32,000 nucleotides of DNA from Mycobacterium tuberculosis H37Rv. Its GTDB lineage: Bacteria; Actinomycetota; Actinomycetes; Mycobacteriales; Mycobacteriaceae. This document shows positions 8,300 through 15,253 of the stretch, one piece after another; within the stretch, counting starts at the first letter, position 1; each line of letters begins with the position of its first letter. The stretch is taken from positions 1,890,001 to 1,922,000 of the forward strand of contig NC_000962.3 in NCBI RefSeq assembly GCF_000195955.2, written 5' to 3'. Below the pieces are notes generated by a model. That model saw only the letters and a program-made list of their open reading frames with translations. It ran no database searches and was not told the DNA's origin. A program made the translations under genes and the position numbers.

Positions 8300-9232
8300 T
8301 TATGTCATTGCAGTAAAACGGATTTGGCGTTGCGCCGGATGTGTTTCGCCGTCAATCTCGGCGTAGGGGCCGGCGAAGAACAGGCTCCGGCCCGCCCGCT
8401 GTGGTGGGGCGAGCAGGATGTCGCGGCCGATCGACCACGCGATGTGGTTGGCCTGCAGGTTCGCGAACAGGCCGTGGGTGCCGTACTTCGTCGCACAGGA
8501 GGCGTCCGCCGGTAGCCAACCCAGCCCAGCGACGAAGAATTCCGCCCAGCAGTGGTAGCCGCACACCTCGCAATCCTGCGCACCGGGCTGCGGTAGCTCC
8601 AAGGCCTGACCGAGCACAAATCGTGCGGGGATGTCGACCGATCGGCACAGCGAGACGAACAATGCGTGGATGTCGTTGCAGTTGCCCACCGAGCAGGTCA
8701 GGGCATGCTCGGTGCTGCCCAGGAAAGACTGCTTCGTCGCGTCGTAGTCCATGGCGCCGGTGACGTAGTCGTAGATGCGACGGGCCTGTTCGAGCGGGTT
8801 GGTCTCGGGGCCGACGACGTCTTGGGCCAACGTACGGGTGCGCTCATCGACATCGACATGTGCTTCGGGGATCAAGGCGCGGCTGAACAATTGCGCCGTG
8901 GCCAACGGGCGGGCCCGTGCCGGATCCGGAGCATGCCCGATCGCCCGGCGTTCCACAACATAGCGGATAGACCAACTCGCCGCCGTCGCCAAGCGCAGCC
9001 GGCTGTACAACATCAGGTTCCCGAACTCCGGCTCACGCGTGAGGTCATAGGGATCCTCGCTGGTCACCTCGACGTCCAGAACGCGTTGAAACGCGCCGTC
9101 ACCGATGACCGGGCACCACATCTCGACGGTGTGGGCACCTTGGGTGGAATCGATCGTGATGTGATCGGTGATTTCGAACAGCCCGATCGTCGCATCCGCG
9201 TGTGCGGATACCGCGGGGTCGGTGATCGTCAT
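8300..9232 (-). CDS. Transglutaminase-like (Cys-His-Asp) domain protein
   Basis: 310 aa. Transglutaminase-core pattern: GNCNDIHALFVSLCRSVDIPARFVLG (Cys), GYHCWAEFF (His), WLPADAS (Asp). Confidence 0.85.
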   Translation of the reverse strand: MTITDPAVSAHADATIGLFEITDHITIDSTQGAHTVEMWCPVIGDGAFQRVLDVEVTSEDPYDLTREPEFGNLMLYSRLRLATAASWSIRYVVERRAIGHAPDPARARPLATAQLFSRALIPEAHVDVDERTRTLAQDVVGPETNPLEQARRIYDYVTGAMDYDATKQSFLGSTEHALTCSVGNCNDIHALFVSLCRSVDIPARFVLGQALELPQPGAQDCEVCGYHCWAEFFVAGLGWLPADASCATKYGTHGLFANLQANHIAWSIGRDILLAPPQRAGRSLFFAGPYAEIDGETHPAQRQIRFTAMT

Positions 9233-9259
9233 CGGTTAGCTCCTTCCGCTGAGACTGGT

Positions 9260-9916
9260 TTATGTTCGAACAACCGGCAGATCGGCTGCCAGCCATTCGG
9301 AGAACCCGCCGTCGAGTCGGCGGGCAGAAAATCCGTTGGGGCGCAACAGTTCTAGCGCGTCATAGGCATACACGCAGTAAGGTCCTCGGCAGCAGGCGAC
9401 GATGTCGATGCCGGACGGGAGTTCATCAAGCCGCTCGGCCAGTTCGTCGAGGGGAATGCTCACTGCCCCGGGCAGATGCCCGGCGGCGTATTCCATGGCC
9501 GGCCGCACGTCGAGGACCAGCACCGACCCGGCGGCCACCCGAGCTTGCAACTCGTCTCGGCTGATCGGTTCCAGGCTGTCTCTGTCGGTGTAGTACTGCC
9601 GCACCAGGGAGCCGACCGAGGCCAGATTGCGTTCGGCCACAGCGCGCACCGCGCGCACTACGTCCCACACCTGCGGATCCGACAGTGCGTAAATCACCCG
9701 TTTGCCGTCCCGGCGGCTGGTCACCAGGCCGGCGCGCCGAAGTTGCAACAAGTGCTGGGAGGCATTGGCAAACGTCAACCCCGACGCACGAGCCAGCGCG
9801 TCCACACTGCGTTCACCCTGCACCAGCAGATCCAACAGCTCCAATCGATGGCCGCTGGACAGCGCTTGCCCGACCAGGGCGAACTGCTCGAAGATCAGCT
9901 TCTTTGCACCGGACAT
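9260..9916 (-). CDS. ArsR-family HTH regulator fused to a C-terminal rhodanese domain
   Basis: The N-terminus has a winged HTH (SVDALARASGLTFANASQHLLQLRRAGLV). The C-terminus is rhodanese (LVLDVRPAMEYAAGHLPGAVSIP ... active-site loop VACCRGPYC). The metal-sensor CxC motif of ArsR/SmtB is absent. Confidence 0.9.
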   Translation of the reverse strand: MSGAKKLIFEQFALVGQALSSGHRLELLDLLVQGERSVDALARASGLTFANASQHLLQLRRAGLVTSRRDGKRVIYALSDPQVWDVVRAVRAVAERNLASVGSLVRQYYTDRDSLEPISRDELQARVAAGSVLVLDVRPAMEYAAGHLPGAVSIPLDELAERLDELPSGIDIVACCRGPYCVYAYDALELLRPNGFSARRLDGGFSEWLAADLPVVRT

Positions 9917-9934
9917 GCCGCCGCTCCATTCCTC

Positions 9935-9980
9935 GATTCAGATGTTCGTATATTCAATTGATTGTTTGATCATGTCATTC
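9935..9980. promoter_or_regulatory. AT-rich imperfect dyad centred on TCAATTGA (9954-9961), 20-65 bp upstream of the ArsR-rhodanese start; candidate operator/promoter
   Basis: The 8-bp core TCAATTGA is a perfect palindrome. 15 of 24 symmetric positions pair over 9934-9981. The local AT-richness is unusual for this genome. Confidence 0.3.
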
Positions 9981-10100
9981 CGACACGCTGCTGCGGTTTC
10001 GCCGCCGGGGCGTCGCACCGCTACTCGGTGCCGGCTACGGCCTCACCCGCGGCCGCGGGTTCGCGACCGGGCCCTGCGCCGCGCCCTCGGGGTGGGCGGA

Positions 10101-10247
10101 ATGTCCTCCGCGGTCAGCACCGGTGCATTCCTGACCACCGTGTGCCTCGCGCACCTGGTGCTCGGCGCGCTTATGGGTGTACTAGTGCACGAATTCGGCG
10201 CCGACATGCTGTCGTTGTGGCCCGTGGGACCGGCGCTGTGTCATTGA
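10101..10247 (+). CDS. Candidate unannotated small membrane peptide (48 aa, Cys/His-containing)
   Basis: ATG 10101 to TGA 10245-10247 encodes [48 protein letters not shown]. There is one clear TM segment. Third-codon-position G+C is about 80% by my hand count, typical of real Mtb genes. It is divergent from the ArsR-rhodanese gene. The SD (GGGTGGG) is weak. Confidence 0.3.
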
Positions 10248-10975
10248 GCCCGGGCGCGTAATCCGTGTTGGTCGGTGATCTCGATGACCGCATACCCGAC
10301 GGTGATCAATCGGTCGCGCTCGAACTCCTTGAGAATCTTGTTGATCGATGGGCGCTGCGCTCCAAGCATTGCGGCGAGGGTGCGTTGGGCAAGTTCGATA
10401 CGGGCATCGATTGCCTCGTCGAGCAGGAGCTGCGCAACCTGCGCGGGCAGCGGGCGGCCAAGCATGCCCATTAACCGAATCTGCGCAGTCGACACCCGTT
10501 GCGCCACACTCGACAGCCACCGCCGTGCGATGGCCGGGTGGGTAGCTAGCAGCCGCTCGAACGCCTGCCGGTCCAGGAACAGGCAGGTCGCTTGGGTCAA
10601 GGCGCGCCCCGTGTAGACCATCGGCATCTCCAGTAGCAGCGGGATGTCGCCATCGACATCGCCGGGATGAAGGATGTTCACCACGGCGCGGCGCCGCCTG
10701 GAGCCGACCGCGAGCTCAATTAATCCGTGTCGCACAATCCACACCCCGTCCGCGGTTTGATCGGCGTGGAATACCACTGCCCCGGGGGCAAACTCCTTGA
10801 CTTGTAACGTTTCGGCCAATGCCGACACATCGTCACGGTGCAGTGGCGCCGAGCCTCCGCGACCGACGCACCGCGCAATCCAGGCTGCCTGTCGGACCTG
10901 GGCCTCGGAAGGCGGTTGGCCCCCAGTCACCGCATGAACGAGATGCCGCAGCGGGCGCACCGACCGATCTGCCAT
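10241..10975 (-). CDS. cmr: Crp/Fnr-family transcription factor (cNMP-binding domain plus C-terminal HTH)
   Basis: 244-aa ORF with a cNMP-binding-like beta-roll ([27 protein letters not shown]) and a Crp-type HTH ([24 protein letters not shown]). Recognised as Mtb Cmr (Rv1675c). Confidence 0.93.
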
Positions 10976-11010
10976 GGCCCCTCCTTGAGAGCAGGCGATG
11001 CCGTCATCGT

Positions 11011-11026
11011 GCTGCCAATTGTCAGC
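11011..11026. promoter_or_regulatory. Inverted repeat GCTGCCA-AT-TGTCAGC in the cmr / redoxin divergent region
   Basis: 14 of 16 positions are self-complementary. It lies 36 bp upstream of the cmr start and shares the half-site TGTCAGC with the repeat at 11118-11133. Confidence 0.35.
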
Positions 11027-11046
11027 GCGCGTGGATTGCGTGCGGG

Positions 11047-11751
11047 TTGGCTTGCCCTGAATGGGAAATTAGTCGATCGAAGAGAACACGCAAGCCCGTT
11101 CTGCGCCCCAGGCACTCTGTCAGCACGCTGACAAACCGATTCTTGGCGGAGTTTTGCCATCGGTATGGTATTGGGGTGCCTACTCGATTGGCCCGCGGTG
11201 CGACCGTGCCGACTCGCCGTCTGCAGGACATCAACGATCAACCGGTGGACGTCCCGGCTGCGACCGGAAGGACACACCTGCAGTTTCGGCGGTTCGCGGC
11301 CTGTCCGATCTGCCACCTGCACCTGCGCAGCTTCGCCAACCGGCACCAAGAGGTTGCGGACAGTGGAATCACCGAGGTGGTGTTTTTTCATTCGGCGGCC
11401 GACGCGCTGCGCGGATACCAGTCCTTGCTACCGTTCGCCGTGATCGCCGACCCCGACCGAGTGCAGTACCGCGAGTTCGGCGTAGAGAAAAGTCTGGGCG
11501 CCATCACTCATCCGCGGGCATTGTGGGCTGCCGTTCGGGGGTCGGCGGCGATGTTGCATCGCAACGATCCGGAACGGGCGGGCGTCGGATTCGGTGACGG
11601 CACAACGCATCTGGGATTGCCCGCCGACTTTCTCCTGGATGCCGATGGAACTGTCGCCGCTGTGCACTATGGGCGTCATGCCGACGACCAATGGTCGGTG
11701 GATCAGCTCATCGACATCAACCGCTCGCTTGGAGGTAAGGGCACTCAGTGA
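11047..11751 (+). CDS. AhpC/TSA-redoxin-family thiol oxidoreductase (CPIC motif)
   Basis: The thioredoxin-fold motif [10 protein letters not shown] is present. The start is ambiguous: TTG 11047 (the database model as I recall it) or GTG 11176. GC3 rises only after about 11176, which favours the shorter form. The track ORF from 10819 overlaps cmr and is not credible. The stop overlaps the dsbF start (GTGA, 11748-11751). Confidence 0.8.
11118..11133. promoter_or_regulatory. Perfect 7-2-7 inverted repeat TGTCAGC-AC-GCTGACA
   Basis: Read directly from the sequence. It lies in a stretch whose third-position G+C (about 58% by hand count) looks non-coding. Confidence 0.35.
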
Positions 11752-12296
11752 CTCATTCCCGTCTGATTGGCGCACTTACCGTAGTCGCAATTATCGTCAC
11801 TGCATGTGGTTCGCAGCCGAAATCCCAGCCCGCAGTGGCACCTACCGGGGACGCGGCCGCTGCCACCCAGGTGCCGGCGGGCCAAACCGTTCCCGCCCAG
11901 CTGCAGTTCAGCGCCAAAACCCTTGATGGGCACGACTTTCACGGGGAAAGCCTGCTGGGTAAGCCCGCGGTGCTGTGGTTCTGGGCGCCCTGGTGTCCGA
12001 CGTGCCAAGGCGAAGCGCCGGTAGTCGGCCAGGTCGCCGCGTCACACCCGGAAGTGACGTTCGTCGGGGTGGCCGGCCTGGATCAAGTACCCGCAATGCA
12101 GGAGTTCGTCAACAAATACCCGGTGAAAACGTTTACCCAGCTGGCTGATACCGACGGGTCGGTCTGGGCGAATTTCGGTGTCACCCAGCAGCCTGCGTAC
12201 GCGTTCGTTGACCCGCACGGCAACGTCGACGTCGTCAGGGGTCGGATGTCGCAGGACGAACTGACGCGGCGCGTCACGGCGTTAACCAGCCGTTGA
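11748..12296 (+). CDS. dsbF: Secreted thioredoxin-like disulfide oxidoreductase lipoprotein
   Basis: A lipobox-like signal (LTVVAIIVTACGS) is followed by the thioredoxin motif WFWAPWCPTCQGE. Recognised as Mtb DsbF (Rv1677). Confidence 0.93.
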   Translation: MTHSRLIGALTVVAIIVTACGSQPKSQPAVAPTGDAAAATQVPAGQTVPAQLQFSAKTLDGHDFHGESLLGKPAVLWFWAPWCPTCQGEAPVVGQVAASHPEVTFVGVAGLDQVPAMQEFVNKYPVKTFTQLADTDGSVWANFGVTQQPAYAFVDPHGNVDVVRGRMSQDELTRRVTALTSR

Positions 12297-12301
12297 TCGA
12301 C

Positions 12302-12327
12302 GCCACGCCGGTCGGCTTGGCGTTGGC
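12302..12327 (+). terminator. GC-rich hairpin 5 nt after the dsbF stop (possible attenuator or terminator; no U-tract)
   Basis: gccacgcc(12302-12309) / ggcg-t-tggc(12319-12327): 8 bp with one bulged T and a 9-nt loop. Confidence 0.25.
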
Positions 12328-12390
12328 CCACGCAGAAATGCCTGGCCTTCGCGACGAGTTGGGGCTTGCGCCGCGTGTGATACTGCCCTC

Positions 12391-13299
12391 ATGACGATGG
12401 CTCGGGTGCGTCGCGGCACGGAACTGTTGTTGTCACCTCAGTCGCCGCCGGCCACCGGCGGGCTGATCGTGTTGACCGGTCTGCGGCTGTTGGCTGGGTT
12501 GATCTGGCTCTACAACGTGGTCTGGAAGGTGCCGCCGGACTTCGGTGAGCGCGGCCGGCGGGACCTGTATCACTTCACGCATCTGGCGGTTGAACACCCG
12601 GTGTTCACACCGTTCAGCTGGGTGATCGAGCATGCCGTGCTGCCGTACTTCACGGCATTCGGTTGGGGGGTGTTGTTCGCGGAGTCCGCGCTGGCGGTGC
12701 TGCTGCTGACCGGGACGGCCGTGCGGCTGGCCGCGTTGATCGGGATCGGGCAGTCGGTCGCGATCGGGCTGTCGGTGGCCGAGTCACCCGGGGAGTGGCC
12801 GTGGGCGTACGCGATGCTGCTGGGCATCCACGTCGTCTTGCTGTTCACCTGCTCGACCCGGTACGCCGCCGTCGACGCGGTGCGCGCCGCCGCCACGGGG
12901 TCGGCCGCTCGGACGGCGGCGCAGCGGCTGCTGGCCGGTTGGGGAATCGTGCTTGGGCTGATCGGACTTGTCGCGGTATGGCGTGGCCTGGGCGATGATC
13001 GACCCGCCTATGTCGGGATACGGGCGTTGGAGTTCTCCCTCGGGGAATACAACCTGCGCGGCGCACTGGCGCTGATCGCGATCGCGCTGGCAATGTTGGC
13101 GGCCGCCAAACGCGGCTGGCGCACCGTCGCGTTGGTCGCGGCGGTGGTCGCGGTGGCCGCCGCGGCCGCCATCTACCTGCAAGTCGGCCGGACCGCGGTG
13201 TGGCTCGGCGGGACGAACACCACCGCAGCGGTTTTCGTGTGCGCGGCGGTGGTGAGTCTGGCAACCGAATTCCGGATCGGACGGGTGGAAGGGGCGTGA
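12391..13299 (+). CDS. Integral membrane protein (about 8 TM); the N-terminal half is weakly DoxX/DoxD-like
   Basis: 302-aa hydrophobic ORF. The N-terminal pattern GLRLLAGLIWLYNVVWKVPPDFG resembles DoxX-type proteins, but this is a weak call by eye. The stop overlaps the fadE16 ATG by 1 nt (TGATG at 13297-13301). Confidence 0.8.
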   Translation: MTMARVRRGTELLLSPQSPPATGGLIVLTGLRLLAGLIWLYNVVWKVPPDFGERGRRDLYHFTHLAVEHPVFTPFSWVIEHAVLPYFTAFGWGVLFAESALAVLLLTGTAVRLAALIGIGQSVAIGLSVAESPGEWPWAYAMLLGIHVVLLFTCSTRYAAVDAVRAAATGSAARTAAQRLLAGWGIVLGLIGLVAVWRGLGDDRPAYVGIRALEFSLGEYNLRGALALIAIALAMLAAAKRGWRTVALVAAVVAVAAAAAIYLQVGRTAVWLGGTNTTAAVFVCAAVVSLATEFRIGRVEGA

Positions 13300-14420
13300 T
13301 GGCCACACCGGGCGTTGTGCAGGAAGTCGTTTCCGTCGCTGCAGAACACGCCGAGCGGGTCGACACCGACTGTGCTTTCCCGGCCGAGGCGGTCGACGCC
13401 CTCCGCAAGACCGGCCTGCTGGGTCTGGTGCTGCCCCGCGAGATCGGCGGAATGGGTTCCGGACCAGTGGAATTCACCGAGGTGGTCGCCCAGCTGTCGG
13501 CTGCATGTGGATCAACGGCGATGATCTATTTGATGCACATGGCGGCCGCTGTCACGGTAGCCGCGTCGCCTCCGCCGGGTCTGCCGGATCTGTTGGCGGA
13601 CATGGCTTCCGGAAAACAACTTGGCACCTTGGCATTCAGTGAACCGGGTTCTCGTTCGCACTTCTGGGCGCCCGTGTCCACGGCGAGCGCCGACGGTGAC
13701 GGCATCGCGGTGCGGGCCGACAAGAGCTGGGTGACCTCGGCGGGGTTCGCCGACGTCTATGTGGTGTCCGTCGGTTCGGCCGACGGTGCCGCGGGCGACG
13801 TCGACCTCTACGCGGTTCCGGCGGACACACCGGGCCTGCGGGTAGCGGGCACCTTCACCGGGATGGGTCTGCGGGGGAATGCCTCCGCGCCAATGGCCGT
13901 CGACATTCGCATCCCGGATTCGTATCGTCTCGGGGAGGCCGGCGGCGGATTCGGCATCATGATGCAAACGGTACTGCCCTGGTTCAATCTCGGAAATGCG
14001 GCTGTCTCACTGGGTTTGGCGACCGCAGCCACCGGTGCCGCGGTCAAGCACGTCGGGACCGCCCGGTTGGAACACCTCGGTGGCAGCCTGGCCGAGCTGC
14101 CCACGATCCGCGCCCAGATCGCTCGGATGGGCACCACGCTGGCCGCGCAAAAGGCGTACCTTGAGGTCGCCGCCAACAGTGTCAGCTCGCCCGACGACAC
14201 CACCTTGACCCACGTGCTGGGTGTGAAGGCCTCGGTCAACGACGCCGCGCTGACCATCACCGAATCGGCCATGCGGGTGTGCGGCGGGGCCGCGTTCTCC
14301 AAGCATCTGCCCATCGAACGCGCCTTCCGCGACGCCCGGGCGGGGTCGGTGATGGCGCCAACCGCCGACGCGCTCTACGACTTCTACGGCAGGGCCGTCA
14401 CCGGGCTGCCGCTGTTCTAG
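13299..14420 (+). CDS. fadE16: Acyl-CoA dehydrogenase-fold flavoprotein (annotated acyl-CoA dehydrogenase); probably the ACAD-fold oxygenase/oxidase subclass
   Basis: ATG 13299 (MATPGVVQEVV...). ACAD-like throughout. However, the C-terminal helix reads RDARAGSVMAPTADAL where classical ACADs have R.....YEGT..I. SD AGGAGG for the next gene lies at 14418-14423. Confidence 0.88.
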   Translation: MATPGVVQEVVSVAAEHAERVDTDCAFPAEAVDALRKTGLLGLVLPREIGGMGSGPVEFTEVVAQLSAACGSTAMIYLMHMAAAVTVAASPPPGLPDLLADMASGKQLGTLAFSEPGSRSHFWAPVSTASADGDGIAVRADKSWVTSAGFADVYVVSVGSADGAAGDVDLYAVPADTPGLRVAGTFTGMGLRGNASAPMAVDIRIPDSYRLGEAGGGFGIMMQTVLPWFNLGNAAVSLGLATAATGAAVKHVGTARLEHLGGSLAELPTIRAQIARMGTTLAAQKAYLEVAANSVSSPDDTTLTHVLGVKASVNDAALTITESAMRVCGGAAFSKHLPIERAFRDARAGSVMAPTADALYDFYGRAVTGLPLF

Positions 14421-14428
14421 GAGGCGAT

Positions 14429-15253
14429 ATGTCAACCGAACCGCTCGTCGTGGGAGCAGTCGCATACACACCCAACGTGGTCCCGATTTGGGAAGGCATC
14501 CGCGGCTACTTCCAAGACTCCGAAAGCCCGGACACCCAAATGGATTTCGTGCTCTACTCCAACTACGCGCGGCTGGTCGATTCGCTGATCGCCGGCCACA
14601 TCGACATCGCCTGGAACACCAACCTGGCCTACGTGCGGACCGTGCTGCAAACCGGCGGGCGGTGCACGCCATTGGCCCAGCGCGATACCGACGTCGACTA
14701 CACCACCGTGTTCGTTGCACATGCCGGCAGCGATCTGCACGGCGCTAAAGACATTGCCGGAAAGCGCCTTGCGCTCGGGTCCGCCGACTCTGCGCACGCG
14801 GCCATCTTGCCGCTCTATTATCTGCGCCGGGCGGGCATCGCCGAGTCTGACCTGCAGGTGATCCGCTTCGACACCGACATCGGCAAGCACGGCGACACCG
14901 GTCGCAGCGAACTCGACGCGGTGGATGCGGTGCTCGCCGGTGAGGCCGACGTGGCGGCGATCGGCAGCTCCACGTGGGCCGCGATGGGCGCCGCGGAGCT
15001 GATGGGGGAGTCGTTGACCGAGGTGTGGCGCACCGACGGCTACTGCCACTGCATGTTCACCGCGCTGGATACGCTGCCCGCCGAAAGATACCAGCCGTGG
15101 CTCGACCGGTTGCTGGCGATGAGCTGGGATGACTCCGAGCATCGAAAGATCCTCGAACTCGAGGGTTTACGACGTTGGGTGCCTCCGCACCTGGACGGCT
15201 ACAAGCCGCTGTTCGAGGCCGTGCAGGAGCAGGGCATCGACCCGCGATGGTGA
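14429..15253 (+). CDS. PhnD-type (phosphonate-binding-protein-like, type 2 PBP fold) protein without a signal peptide
   Basis: ATG 14429 lies 8 nt after the fadE16 stop. MSTEPLVVGAVAYTPNVVPIWEGI...LIAGHIDIAWNTNLAYV fits the PhnD-family pattern. There is no N-terminal hydrophobic or lipobox segment. Confidence 0.8.
   Translation: MSTEPLVVGAVAYTPNVVPIWEGIRGYFQDSESPDTQMDFVLYSNYARLVDSLIAGHIDIAWNTNLAYVRTVLQTGGRCTPLAQRDTDVDYTTVFVAHAGSDLHGAKDIAGKRLALGSADSAHAAILPLYYLRRAGIAESDLQVIRFDTDIGKHGDTGRSELDAVDAVLAGEADVAAIGSSTWAAMGAAELMGESLTEVWRTDGYCHCMFTALDTLPAERYQPWLDRLLAMSWDDSEHRKILELEGLRRWVPPHLDGYKPLFEAVQEQGIDPRW

Noticed and set aside
9962-10261. 99-aa plus-strand ORF, and the long 181-aa ORF (9702-10247), in the gap between the ArsR-rhodanese gene and cmr.
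   Set aside because: Both are Arg/Pro/Ala-rich without motifs, and the 181-aa ORF mostly runs antisense to the ArsR-rhodanese gene. Only the last 48 codons of the 9702 frame look coding, and these are reported separately as a low-confidence small ORF.
8233-11020. CAATTG-centred motifs in three promoter-like regions (about 8236, 9955 and 11015), considered as a shared regulator site.
   Set aside because: The same hexamer also occurs inside coding sequence (for example about 575 and about 8889). The flanks are not conserved between the sites, and roughly three occurrences are expected by chance in 32 kb.
10819-11046. The upstream part of the 310-aa ORF, considered as the redoxin N-terminus.
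   Set aside because: It overlaps the cmr coding region on the opposite strand and crosses the divergent promoter region. It has no thioredoxin-fold similarity.
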